Positions 37,701-50,014 of a stretch of 64,000 nt of DNA are shown here, piece by piece. The notes beneath the pieces are model-generated. The model did no database searches, was not told the DNA's origin, and saw only the letters and a list, made by a program, of their open reading frames with translations. The position numbers were made by a program, and so were the translations under genes. How positions within the stretch are numbered: position 1 is the stretch's first letter; each line of letters starts with the position of its first letter. This DNA comes from Oculina patagonica (Eukaryota): contig NC_135759.1 in assembly GCF_052425735.1 (NCBI RefSeq), positions 43,152,001 through 43,216,000 on the forward strand, in the 5' to 3' direction.

Positions 37701-39982
37701 ATTAAGAATATTTTAAGAATAAACCCGAGGCTGAGATTTTAAAAAGAATATAATTTTGAGTTGAAAATTTGTAAATACAATGCAACTAAATATGTGTTTA
37801 ATTTACTGAACCGTACAAAACTTTTAACTAGCCAATAAATCGATAATAACCTGCACTAGCCAAATCTTCGATGCTTATGACAGTTCGACGAACGGTACAA
37901 AAATTGATACCGCAAAACATGCTTAAACGGAAATGTCAAACGTATTATCTAAGAATGTTCATAAGCAAATTTTCAGCCTAAAACCGGCAGAAAAGTAAGA
38001 ATATTTATCCTGGGTCGAAAAAACAGTATTCTTATAAAATAAAAAGCGTGTATCTGTAGACGGTAAGCGTGGAACACGAAAGCATAGCTTATATTTTTTG
38101 TTCCAAAGCTATCAGTCCTACCTAGAGAGCTGTGCACCACAAAAGGGATCTTGCCATCAGGCCACTGTCGGCCTGGTGTAAAGCCTCGTTTCTGTCCATG
38201 GGCCCCAGTCTTTAACTCCTTGTATTCGTGTGGCGTTAGAAGCAAGTCTCCTTCATACAGTCGCCTTTTATCTGGAATATTCATTTACCAAACATGTTAA
38301 CGTCGTAACAAGTTTTCGCGTGGGGATAATATTTAGAGCTCTTGTAATAATTGAAATAACAACAAATCAAAAGCCCTTTGGGCTTAGTGTCTCGTGCTAA
38401 TTTGTTATTCTTGCAAGTCTTTGGTCAACTCTATTTTTTATCAAGTCATTTGACCATATAGGTATTTGAACATTAAGTCATGCATTTGAACATAAAGATA
38501 CATTTTGTTGCTTAACAAAAGTTGCGTTATATTGTAGCGTGACATTCACAACATGATATAGGATACTCGTGCCACTCGTGACCTGCAATTGATTGATATG
38601 GAGTGACAATACTCCAAGTCACTAAATGCCGCAAAACCCAGAGCAAGGTGCTGGATAAACAGACTTCGAGCTGACTATCACCTCCCAGGGTCGCCTTGGA
38701 GGAAGGGACAGTAAACTTGAAACGAGACCAAGTTAAATCTCAATCCATTGAATTTCTTACCTTATTTCTATAATTTACTTTTTCTTCGAAGATTTTAGCA
38801 GTATTGTTATCTTTCTCAAATAAAGGTTTGCTTGATTAATTGATTTGACATCAAGGAAAAAAACAGTGTTTGACAAACCTCCATTGAAGAGCTTCAGATG
38901 GATTCTTTTTTTCTAATTAAAATATCACACAGGCACTAACGAACATCCCTGAAAAGTTATGACGTAATGATCATAAGCCATGTTGCTTAGCAACTTCGAT
39001 GACGAAAACCACAGACTCATTTTCAATTCTTGTACGGGATTTGGGGCGGGACGCACCTTTCGGAGGGCTTTACTGAAAGGATTGGTCGAAAGGAACAATG
39101 ACCCTAGCCCAACCTCGTTCCCAGGGCTCTTCCCTTGGTGATTTGGAACGGGCCGTTTCAAATCACCAAGGGAAAAGCCCTGGGAACGAGGTTGACCCTA
39201 GCCCTTAAAATAGAAGAGGTGCGTGAAATATGGAGCGAATGAAGTTACAGATTCCGCAGAGGTGCCTGACTTCTGTGCGATTTAGGATTCACCCTCAAAT
39301 TGTACGGGTAGTTTCCTATCGGATTTTTTTTTATTTGACTCGGGTCAGTCACTAGTAGTTCCAGGCGAAGGACTTCACCATGAAACCCATTGAAGTACAA
39401 ACAAAGTACAAACAGATCAACCGGATACGAACGAGAGACAGAAATAAAGCCTATTGTTAAATATCCAACTTAAATACTTCAGAAAGCTTCCTTTCGAGTT
39501 ACTTCGAGGTTCATCTTGTCTATACAAGCAAAAATAAAAATATTTTTTGTCATATCAGTTTATAATTTTACAATTTTGTGTAGGGCCAAAATATGACCCC
39601 CTATTTGTCTTATTCATTAATATAGAACAATAAGGGAAACATCAATTTAAAAAAATACATTAAGTTCCGTGGAAAATCTTCTTCCGAAACTATTTTGTAG
39701 TATCCTTTCTGAAAATTTTGGCGAAGCTTTGAGGATGAGACATATTTCTTTGCCGTTTTGTAGAATTCATTTTTTCACAATTTAGGGTCTATGTAGAGCA
39801 GGGAGTGTCTTTGAATTAGCAATCTTCTTTGTATCGAACTTTTATCTTTCATTTATAGAGAAATTATCAGATCCTCTGTTATTTCTCCGAGCTATCTATT
39901 CATGAACATTGCACATACCTTTGGCGTTGCCCAGTAAAACCACAAAGGTGGCTAAAAATGCGAGCGCCCAAAGCAGTTTCAT
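31764..39982 (-). CDS. Secreted astacin (M12A) zinc metalloprotease with C-terminal SUEL/Gal_Lectin domain, about 343 aa
   Basis: Minus-strand exons: 39982-39919 (signal peptide [21 protein letters not shown]), 38271-38122 (pro-region YEGDLLL, then QKR|[10 protein letters not shown]), about 37234-37105, 36535-36441, 35305-35222, 33912-33770, 33446-33371, 32620-32454, 31886-31764. Zinc motif [19 protein letters not shown] and Met-turn YDYSSIMHY are intact. The SUEL domain reads [34 protein letters not shown]. Extra small pro-domain exons cannot be excluded. Confidence 0.9.
31978..32161. mobile_element. Tc1/pogo-like MITE
   Basis: Imperfect TIR AGTCAACTCTC..AAGGCGGACAC / GTGTCCGCAAGGCGAGAGATGACTG|TA. 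Confidence 0.65.
33960..34477. mobile_element. MITE, 17-bp TIR, 6-bp direct flanks
   Basis: GAGGGTCTGAATGGGGT / ACCCCATTCAGACCCTC, with CATTCT at 33954-33959 and 34478-34483. Confidence 0.85.
35367..35423. mobile_element. 57-bp hairpin mini-MITE with 9-bp TSD
   Basis: TAGCC...GGCTA palindrome flanked by CGCGCCGTG at 35358-35366 and 35424-35432. Confidence 0.85.
35441..35624. mobile_element. Palindromic MITE
   Basis: CGAGTTACCCTTTGCCTTTGTTTCAAAACGAGTCTAC pairs with GTAGACTCGTTTTGAAACAGAGGCAAAGGGTAACTCG. Confidence 0.8.
37655..38050. mobile_element. TA-flanked MITE
   Basis: TA|CACTCTTTTTATTTTATAAGAATA ... TATTCTTATAAAATAAAAAGCGTG|TA. Confidence 0.8.
39110..39194. mobile_element. 85-bp hairpin mini-MITE with 9-bp TSD
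   Basis: CAACCTCGTTCCCAGGGC...GCCCTGGGAACGAGGTTG flanked by ACCCTAGCC at 39101-39109 and 39195-39203. Confidence 0.9.
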
Positions 39983-41587
39983 TGCAAAAAATTTTTAGAG
40001 CTCTCGTAGTTTGATCCTTTCCAACAATAAATGGACAACAAAGTGATTTTCCGACTGTAATTACAAGAGTCTTTATCCCTCGCTTTATGAGCGTATAAAT
40101 GACAAGTTACGGGTGAATGTATAGAAATGGTACTTGGAACCTAGTTAGCCATGAGACGGCGTTTCACTCTAAATTACAATGTTCAAATTAAAATAACTTG
40201 AAGCTATGAAGTTTTTATAAAGTTCGCCAATAAATTAGTTTACTTCTGGTAAATATCGCCTAAGTAAATTTTGTTAAACACTATATATACTAATAAACAC
40301 CCCATTTTAAATCATTGTTCTGTCAAATAAGACTCGCATACATTAAAATAGCGAAGGATTTTAATGTTTGTGGTTTTGATTTGAGCGTAAATATAAATTG
40401 TCAAAGTATTTTCAAGCCGTAATTTTTGCGGAAATAATAAAAACGCTGCGCTACAGTAAGCTTGAGTTTTTTCTTTCATCTTTTCATTTAAATCTAATTG
40501 TTGTTGTTAAGCCTGCCCTTTGAAATCATGTATAATTCATTGTGGTTTTTCAACCAGTTGAAATAATTTCTTCTGGTCGACCACTCATTCAACCTTATAT
40601 TTTCTTCTTAATTATTTCTAAACGCCTACAAGATAGGACTAACTGCCCTTCTTTTTTATTCGGAGTTTGCAGGGACTTATGCTTAAGCACACCATATCTC
40701 TAATAACATAGTGAATATTAAAGGTAAGCCCTTTAGATTTTTGCCTAATGGTGGCACACTTAGGCCGCTTATAATTACACACTATCCGCTATTCGCATGT
40801 AAACCTGGAAGAGAACAGAGAAAAGAAACGAAAGTTACATTGTACGATGTTTTCATCGTCTAACTAACAAAACTATCGTTTCTAAAATCCAGTGCCCCCA
40901 ATGAAACACACCTGGGGACCCTGCTATCTCAAACTCTTAAAGGAAAAGAAAATTTGTACGAGATAGTGGGGTTTCAAAATAAGTGGCTTGGCATATTTTT
41001 ACAGTATAACAATGGCTAATTCTTGTGTGAAATCGAAAGAACGGGAAGGAGTGAACGTTTTTTTTTTGTGAAACGAACTTGCAAAGATTTGTTATGTTGA
41101 AATACGACTACCATGATGCATCGCAGGAAAGTTACATTGAGAGAAGTGTGCATTGGTGTTCTGTGCGCTGAGTCAATACGTTATTGTGGTGTTGATAGAA
41201 GATAGTAGGGTGGCCCAGAAGGGTCAAACACAAATAAAAAAGAAACACAAATTAAAAAAAGAAATCACAAATTGAAAAAAAAATCAAAACGCAAATAAAA
41301 AGCAAAACGCAATTCAAAAAGCGAAACGCAAACAAAAAGCAAAACGCAAATAAAAAGCGAAAGGTTGTCTTAAATCCAACAGGACGTGTTGACCGACCCG
41401 TCTTACACGGTCCAGACCGCATCGGCTTCTGCCAGTACTTACATGGAACCGTTTGGAACCGATCAGGACCGCGGTTCCAGAAGGGTTCCGTGCAAACAGA
41501 GAAGGCCTTTTTGCGGACCGGATCCGTTTGGAACCGGTCGTGTGTAAACACAGCCTACTGATCGTCGAGCCCTGTTGGCACAAACTA

Positions 41588-42874
41588 CAATCTCGAGCCC
41601 AGAGTGAGCCCCGGCTCCGTGATCCGTCAGCGGTTGGTCAGCGGTAGGGTCGCCGGGACTCACTCTGGGAAACTGAATAATAATTCAGTGTCTTACTGGT
41701 CCTCACAGAACAATAGAAATCAACACGGAAGTCTGAAAATCTTCCCCGGAAGTAAACCAAACCGGAAACCCTGCAAAACATTTTTTGTTTTCCATTGTCA
41801 AATGTTCAGGTGTATCACCTTAATTTTGTAAAACACCTAAGAACTCGTCATATGGCGCTACATGTATGAAGTATTTTCTAATTCTACCATTCTTTTTGAA
41901 CTCAAAAGATACCTTGAATAAAAAAGGACTTCCTTTAAGCGTCGATTCTGAGCGGAGTTTTAAAACAACAACCAAGGCGTCACCAAGGACAAGGTCGATT
42001 GAAAACTCAGTTTATAGTTGACTTACAAATCTCGCTAGAACTACTGTTTTCTTTCAAATCTCCGTTACGATTGAAAAACTGAATATCGCAGACAGTGCTC
42101 GATTCAAAATAATAACTAATAAAGCAGAATTTGAACATTACGCGTTGTTGTTTTGCTGAAAAAAGGAATTGTACAATTTTGTGCACGTGAATTGCGTGAA
42201 TGTGTGCACGAGCTGAGTCGCCGAAATGCTAATTACACCTTTTGAATAGCGTTGACCGATGTGGCCTTTAACGTCTTTATAAATATTACCGCTATTTGAC
42301 GAGGAAAAAATTATTTGCTCGAAAACATGCAATCTATCATGAAAAGATGCGCTGTCAGCGAGAAGCCTTTGAAATATACGAAAGTCGCCAAACAAAAATT
42401 TTTATCAACAGAACAATAGCTTGTCCGTGCGTTGTGCATTATGTAAATTTCTTCACTGTCGTCCGCAAAACAACAACGAACACATGCACAGTCAGGCGGA
42501 ATCTTGGAAGGCAAACAAGATCTTTGATTTAAAACCATTATAACAGTATGCACAAGAAAGAGACTAACGGAAATCAAAACACCAGACGCTCTTTTGTTGA
42601 CTCTCTCTTTTGTTAACTGCAGAACGTTTTTGTTACTTTTGTTGCTTCGATAAACACCAGTTCTGTCAATACTGTGTTAGAAATAGTTCAACTTTCTCGA
42701 TTTACTTCCGTTCTGGGAAATTTACTTCCGCTTAGACCTGAGAGCATGCGCAATAAAAACCGGAAGACCAAGGTTCTACCTGAAATCGACCTGAAATTGA
42801 TCTGATCGATTCCAGTTTCCCAGAGTCCGTCCCGTACCGCTGACCGACATAGACGGACTCTGGGCTCGAGATTG
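41588..42874. mobile_element. 1.29-kb non-autonomous DNA transposon with 9-bp TSD
   Basis: TIR CAATCTCGAGCCCAGAGT / ACTCTGGGCTCGAGATTG, with CACAAACTA at 41579-41587 and 42875-42883. Confidence 0.9.
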
Positions 42875-43016
42875 CACAAACTACTGATGAAATCATAGCG
42901 TTTACAAACTTTCACAGAAGGAATTATATTATTTTCGTATTCATTAATGCATCGGAATTCAAGGAAACTCGTCATCCAATTTCATTTCCTTTGACTGACA
43001 ATAAAGGGAGTAAGTG

Positions 43017-43222
43017 AGCAGGGATGGCGCACTAATGTGGCCTGGGTTCGATTCCCGGTCCCGGCGTCATATGTGGGTTGAGTTTGTTGTTGGTTCTCGT
43101 GTTTGCTTCTAGAGCTTTTCCCCGCGTTTTCCGGTTTTCATTCCTCCACAAAAACCAAGAAGTCTAAATTCCAATTTGATTGGGAACAGTGGATAAAGAG
43201 ACACTTTGTGTGGAAATGCTAC
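43017..43222 (+). mobile_element. tRNA-derived SINE (second family)
   Basis: Truncated A-box, B-box GGTTCGATTCCC, body ATGTGGGTTGAGTTTGTTGTTGGTTCTC, and a TTTA tail. A degenerate copy lies at about 19010-19130. Confidence 0.65.
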
Positions 43223-43358
43223 TGCAAATTCCCATTTATTTAGTTACATGTATAAATATCTGCACAAAAAGTAGACACAAAAATCCAAATTTTCACGAGC
43301 ATTTTTTTCGCTTTTAATTAAGGAATCATTTAGGGTCGTTATTACATCATTAGATCAG

Positions 43359-44625
43359 TTATAACTTTTTCCTGTATCTACTGACATTCCCAGTATAGCT
43401 CAAGGTACTTTGCTGACATTCCCAGTATAGCTCAAGGTACTTTGGGGTCAGGCGACACGGGTTTCCAAACACATCGTTTGAGGCGTGAAGCGAGCAGCTA
43501 TTTTTCCCGTCACACATGAGACGCACCTGAAAAGCAAAAAAAAAAAAAAAAAGAAATGGTAAAATGGAAGTGAAAAACAGAATAAGGAATCTAGTCTGGC
43601 GTTTTATATTTTGTAATCCATTTCCATCCTCGCCATCGTTGGTGTCCTTTCGGCTTCATAGCTCAGTTGCATGGAGCGCGCATCGTACCGGTATCGCGGA
43701 GGTCAGTGGTTAAAATCCTGTGGAAGCCCTGAATATTTTTTAGCTTCGTTAGTTTTCAATTACTTCATTTGGAAAACCCACTGCAAAGATCGTGTCTTTC
43801 TTACATCTATATCTACAGTTCACATAAGAAGCAGTTTATGCACTTTACATGATATCACTCGGTGTTGTGCAATTCCTTTCGGTAGGGCGAACTTTTTTTC
43901 TATACTCAATTTACCCTGTGGACTGCTTAAAGCGAGCGATTTACTTGCTTACCGTCGTGTGAGAGGCAATAGAGATACACTTAACGTTGAGACCAATTCC
44001 GCACTTTAAGAGATGTCTTCTGCCGTAATTAGCGAACAATAGATTGATCGTTTGAGTTCCTGGGCATTTCACTTCTCCTGTTTTGTTTTGGCAGATTGCC
44101 GTGTAGTATTTCTTGCTGCTATATCCTAAAAACACGAAAGTGGATCAATAAGGTTAGTAATATTAACTATAGAATCGATAAAGAAACTGACAGAGAAGAC
44201 TTACAGTTTAGTTCACATCGGTAACGCAGTGGTTATGGGCTCAAATCCTGTTGTAGCTAACGCATCTTTGAAAAATATACTCTTAAAATGTGATGGTGTA
44301 CATGCACTTCAAGCACCATTACACTTTCAGTAATACTCTTTGTTTGTTTCTTTTTGCAGTATTTCAAAGGCACTCCTAATATACTTTTCATTTTTTTTAT
44401 CAATTCATATTAAGCTGAATTGACTGTTCGGCGACCTCAGCATAAAGGTATAAACAACGAGAAATAAAGTTATTTTTTTGCCCATTTTGATATAATGCTG
44501 ATGTGATTGTCTGATCTTGATAAACTGAAATATACGAAAGTAGATCAAAAGAAAATGCGGCATTTACCTCGTGTCAAACAGCTAACAAGAAATACCAGAA
44601 TCAAACAATTCTTATAGTTGATCAT
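43359..44625 (-). CDS. Secreted single-domain SUEL/rhamnose-binding-type lectin (copy A), about 132 aa
   Basis: Exons 44625-44568 (MINYKNCLILVFLVSCLTR), 44125-43953 (ICQN..CPG..FANYGR..KCGIGLNVKC) and 43526-43359 (CDGKNSC..ASNDVFGNPCRLTPKYLELYWEC plus an extension). Canonical GT-AG splice sites in consistent phase. Confidence 0.85.
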
Positions 44626-44907
44626 ACTGACGCCTAAAGCACATGCATAGACCTTCCCGTCAGAATACCTCAACAAACCACTTCATTTAGTCTTTACTGT
44701 GATACATTATTTGCTCGTATAAAATTAAAATTCTTATATTCTTTTGTCCTACCTAAAAATGTTAACAGCTGCCATTTGGAAACAAAAACTCTTCCCAGCT
44801 ACTAAAGTATAGGAACCGATCGTTTACTCACCTTTTCGGTAGGTTTCTTTGATCAGTCTTTCAGTCGACTTAGCTTTATTTAGCTTTTAGACAGGCTAAA
44901 CAAAACA

Positions 44908-45760
44908 TACCACATCGAAGTACTGCTCAATAGTTTTCATTCAATTGGCCATGTTCTAGGGCTTTATCCACAGATTAAAAGTTGAACCACCTTGCAGAGC
45001 ATAATAAACAGTACCTCTGAAAGCACTGCTCAATAGCTTTCGTTTGATTGGTCACACACTTGGATTTTATCCAAAGACTTAAAAGTAAGAACCACCTTGC
45101 ACAGCATAATAAACAGTACCACATGAATGTACTGCTCAGTAGCTTTTATTTGAGTTGTCACACACTAGGGTTTTATCCACAGACAAAAAAGGTTACAACC
45201 AACTTGAGAGTACTGCCAGAAACCCATAAGGGTTGAAACGTGTAACGCGCGCGCACAGCGTTTGAATATTCATTTTGCTAAGTACCATATTTGGAAACAC
45301 GAGGAATTTGTACGCGAATGCTTTATACACGTAGTGACACACGCAACATAATTTTTGGTTTTACGGTAAGTTGCTTGAATTTCGACCTAAACGCCGTAAA
45401 TTTCTTACAGAAACTAAAGAAATTCGCAGCGAAGTTCTCCTGACTACTTCATGAAGATGAAAAAGGAGAATTTAACCAAAATTAACTTTATTTAAACAAG
45501 CTTGTTCAAAAACAAGATTACGCCATCGAGCGCGAGCTAGTGCGCGCTGTGAATTTAATCCAAATATAGTACTTAGTGATTTTCGTGATTTTCCAAATAT
45601 GGTACTTAGTGTAAACGAATGTGCAAACGCTTTGTACAATGCGAATCATAGGGAGTTACACGTTTCAACCCTTATGGGTTTCTGGTACTGCTCAATAAAT
45701 TGAATTTGAATGATAATTATGTAATACAGTAAGGATTTATCCTAGACTGAAAGGTTACAG
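44908..45760. repeat. Tandem satellite of about 104 bp (about 4 units) interrupted by a MITE
   Basis: Units start at 44908, 45012 and 45117 (TACC..AAGTACTGCTCAATAG..TTTATCCA..ACCACCTTGCA.AGCATAATAAACAG) and resume after 45691. A degenerate monomer is at about 33590-33680. Confidence 0.8.
45217..45684. mobile_element. MITE with perfect 30-bp TIR and 7-bp TSD (P-element-like termini)
   Basis: CAGAAACCCATAAGGGTTGAAACGTGTAAC at both ends, inverted; GTACTGC at 45210-45216 and 45685-45691. Confidence 0.92.
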
Positions 45761-47508
45761 GAACAACTTGTGACATTGTAATAGCTGCTATTAAAGTTCT
45801 CAGCGGTCTGACATACAAACGAAGCGAGAGGGTCATTCCGCATTGTTGACCCTTTTGATATGTTACCCTTTCGCAGTTTCGCCTCGTTCGCATATCTTCT
45901 TAACAAAAGAATACATATATTGCGGCTCAGCTGTAATAACAGCTATTAACTTGAGGTGGAATAGCTATTCTTTGATTAGAGAAGAAAAATACGGCCATGA
46001 TTCACGGAAACTTTAAAAAACCAAAAACTTGATTACAAGGGAATAGCCCTTATGTTTATACATAGTTGCCTCCCTACTCCCCGTTCAGAATTGAATAGTG
46101 CCCAAAAATGCGGCTGGAAAAAAAGCTTGAGAAGGTAGATGGCTTCCCGATTCTAACAAAGTTAGCCGCCAAACTATAAACTGGTTGAAAAAGAAAACGA
46201 TTCTATTTTTAGTCGAGCTATTGAAACCATATCCTTTACTTAGCTGATATCAAACTGACGACCTGACGCAATTTGTATGACGTTGAAAGGGATTCTTCAA
46301 AGGGCTACCTTAAAATTCGAAGATAAGCAATTCATGCTGGGCTTATATTTGCTCAACGTTGCCTTTCAAGCCTATTTCTGGGCAGGGCGTATACGTGTCA
46401 AAAATCTTTTGGTTCCATTTGGATTGGATGGATGCTGTGTCAAAAAATGTATTTGTGCATATACGAATACCATTTTTTTTTTTTGAAAAAAAAAACTTGC
46501 TGAGCATAACGATATGAAACCCAGAACAAGCCCTACAACTGCTCATTTTACAAACATAACACGTCGCTGAGCATTCTCTAACTAAACTTCAAAACAAGCT
46601 ATACAATAGGGTCTATTTTTCTAACACATGAGCTTATATTCGGGAGGGCTTATTTTTTATTTCTGAAATTTTGGGGTATAATTTTCAGAATTTTCGGAGA
46701 ATAAATGGATTCCAGCAGCAGGTTTGCAGCAACAAAATGAGGGGGGTTAAACTGCTGCAGACAAGCATCTCAGTGTTTCTTGATGCTATGGAAACCAAAG
46801 ATAAACGTTGGTTTCGTTGACTAGCTAGGCTTTGAAAAAGTTTTAATGTAAAAAAAATAAAGAATAGCCATTCAACGACAATAAGACAAGCATTTTTCAA
46901 TATTTGTTTATTGTCTTAAAACGTCTGCAAAGCCGTGATTCACGTTTAACAAACTGAGGCAATTGTATCGCTTCTAATGTCTCGCTCCTGCGTAAAAAAG
47001 AAAAAAAAGCAGTTACTTCAGTTAGGTCTACTTATTAGTATTTTAACTGCCAACCAACCAAAAAAAAGGTCAGCTTCGAGCCAAAGTGGCGCATACTGCC
47101 GGAGCTTATCCCGGTTTCCTTAGCATTAAGCAGCTAGGAGTATTTCTACCCCCCCTGGATGGGATGCTAGTCCATCGCAGGGTAACCAACCAAACAGACA
47201 AACAAATTAATCAGTTAAGAAAATAAAGAATTTAAAAATATAAATAAATTAATAATAAATAAAAAACTTGCAAAATAGATGTTGGTGATTCCTGCGTTAA
47301 TAACATAAAGTCACTTTTAAATATACCTTTCCCGTTCAAAATTGTCTTGAGCGCGGAGGCAGATTATTTAGAAAAGTAATTCTCATTAAAGAAAGAAGCT
47401 AAGTGCAGGTAAATAAACAACGAACGTTCATTTACTTGCTCAATATGAAAAGAGAAACGTAGCTCATTAAATGCAAGATACCTTATCATGTTTAATATAA
47501 TATTTACC

Positions 47509-48807
47509 TTAATGACACTGCCAGTATAAAGCGAGATATTTCTTGGTCCAAGAGCACGGGTCACCAAACACGTCATCTGAGGCGTTGACAATGCAGTTGT
47601 TTTTCCCGTTACACAGATCGCTCACCTGAAGAGCACATTTTTCTGAATGTCAGTGTGTTGTTTCTCTCTCATAGAATATAGTGAATCATCGTGGTATGAG
47701 ATATTGAAAGTTTGCACTTTGGCCCCGAGCTTTGGTGGCATGTATCAACTAGGCGTATTACTTCTCCCCCACCCCTAGACCCCCACCCCCCACTCACTTG
47801 CCAGCATTTTGTTCTCGGGTGACCTTGACAGTTCAACGTTCACCGGTGCCGATTTACACTCCTGAACTGAAGGCACTGTAAGAGTAAGATGCCTTGTCTA
47901 CAGAACAAGTTGTGTGGCAAGAGTTCAACGAAATATGGGGGATGAAAGTTCGCTTGAATCAATAGTTTACTCACTCACTCACTCTACTACTTGATAAGAA
48001 TGTGACATAACAAAACGAATATGCATAGAAAATTGAACCAAACATGGTCTATGATAAGCTGTGAACTGCGACGAATATAAATAAAAAAAAATACTCACAA
48101 TTTTCAGGGATGTTTCAGATCTACACTTGGTGTTGAATCCCATTCCACATTTGAACACGCGGCTTCTTCCATAATTAGCGAACTTCACTGTTATTGTCTT
48201 GGTCCCAGGGCAGCGCAGTATTCCTTTTTTGCCTTCACAGATTGTACCGAAGTACTCGTTCTGATAACCTGCCAAGTTACAAGGACATTCAGTATACGCT
48301 TTGCACGAGGCTAAAGCCTTTTGTATTAAACACTGAGAAATTTAAGTGTTTTTTAAGGTAGAGTAGAAACGATGCTTTCATTTTTTTCGAACGCTTAGAC
48401 TTCGTGTTGGAGCAGGCAGCGAAAACCGATTAAATTTATCCTTAAATTTTCAGTTTTTATGAGCTTTTTCATTTTCTCACGAGCTTAGAATTAACGTACA
48501 ACCGTCAAGGTTTTTTTTACAAGCACCTAGTGATCACTGAAAAAAAGATAAAAAGAGAGATCACTGAAAGAATCAATGACAAAAGCAACGAACACATGTA
48601 ACTAGTTTAATAGCTAGCAAATTATATACGCAATGCAAGTGTATGTTTGTTAGAAGGTACAAACCTGAATTAAGCTTAAAATGCCTACGTTTGACGTGGA
48701 AAAAATGTTCAAGCAAAAAGCAAGTAACAACAAAAAGAATTACCAGGGTACTGAGCCAGCGAGCAGGCAACGAAGGCCAAAAGTAAAACAGCGCAAAACC
48801 TTGCCAT
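47509..48807 (-). CDS. Secreted single-domain SUEL/rhamnose-binding-type lectin (copy B), about 116 aa
   Basis: Exons 48807-48744 (MARFCAVLLLAFVACSLAQYP), 48268-48099 (ICEG..CPG..FANYGR..KCGMGFNTKC) and 47625-47509 (CNGKNNC..ASDDVFGDPCSWTKKYLALYWQCH*). Eight Cys in SUEL spacing. Confidence 0.9.
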
Positions 48808-49930
48808 CTTCAAAATGGGATTACCGCTATTGATCCCAATCGTAAGTTAAGTATTTTATATTTCCTACAAACAAAAGGAATTGACACATTTTCTGTTTAA
48901 TTCTCGCTTCGCTGTAGCAGAAACGTTTTTGAATGGAGAAGGAAAGATCTTTGTTCAGCGTGTTAAACATCTGAACAGATTGCTCAAATTCCATTCAGGT
49001 ATTTCCTTGCGGCAGCTTTTGATTTCAATTGTTTGTGTCCTCATCTGGATTTCTCGTTTCATATTTATTGACTGTCGTGTAACTGTTCATTGTAACATTT
49101 CTCAACTCATCACCTTCTTGTAATAGATGCCAAATACCGTTTATTCAAATGATAACTTTCTTTTCGTTTTTTTGTTTATAGCTTTATTTTCCTCAATCTT
49201 ACCAAATTATATTTACTTTTTTTATATGTTTCTATTTTTCACCTATTCACGGTAATATCTAAAAACATTTCATGTGCATGAACTATTTTTTTACGTTATT
49301 TAGTTACATTAACGTATGCTATTCTGACTTGTCTATTCTTTCTCAGATTTACCAGGCCGAAAGATATTAAAAACGTTATGTATAAATTTCTCATATTCAG
49401 TTGATTTGCACAGTTAATAAATTTCCCCTCGTGGTCAGGATCCTAGGAAGAGGCAGCGACTGTTCGTAGTCTGTGTTTAATCACTAGTAATAATGTTTGT
49501 CGATGTTGTTATTAAACTATAATTTTCAACTCAAATAGAAATCGTTTTCTTTGGTTTGTTCTTTATAAAATACGTATTTTTATTGAGTCTGTCGCCGGTA
49601 GCTTGCTTTGTCCAGGCTTACAACGATAGAAGTTTGTACAGCTTGTAATAGCACAAACACAGCCAAGATCAATATTTAAGGAAGCAAGATCACTGCGGGC
49701 AAATTACTTTTTTGACCACCATAAAAATTCGATTTAAATTAGGTTTCTGTAGCTCAGGGGTGGGTAATTATCGGAGACGGGACGCTTATTAGGGAAAGAG
49801 CACTTATATTTATTTATTCCTCTTCCTCAAACTACAACCGTTTGAAATTTGTTTGTACGGCAGAGCAAACCGTGCTTGAAGCTTGCAACTCTAAACTAGC
49901 CAAACAAATCATTAAAATATGTAAAATGTT

Positions 49931-50014
49931 TAGCCTGCGAATACAGCCGCCTCTCATTCGCGTCCCGCTCTTCGTTGCGGGACGCGAATGAGAGGAGGCT
50001 GTATTCGCAGGCTA
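49931..50014. mobile_element. 84-bp hairpin mini-MITE with 9-bp TSD
   Basis: TAGCCTGCGAATACAGCC...GGCTGTATTCGCAGGCTA flanked by TAAAATGTT at 49922-49930 and 50015-50023. Confidence 0.9.

Noticed and set aside
38761-38912. Extra astacin pro-domain micro-exons
   Set aside because: Candidate splice sites exist, but the phases do not chain cleanly and exon 1 already joins 38271 in frame.
41252-41831. Cluster of overlapping ORFs
   Set aside because: They derive from low-complexity A-rich repeats and MITE sequence.
44908-45210. CRISPR-like array
   Set aside because: Units are similar over their whole length with no unique spacers; eukaryotic satellite.
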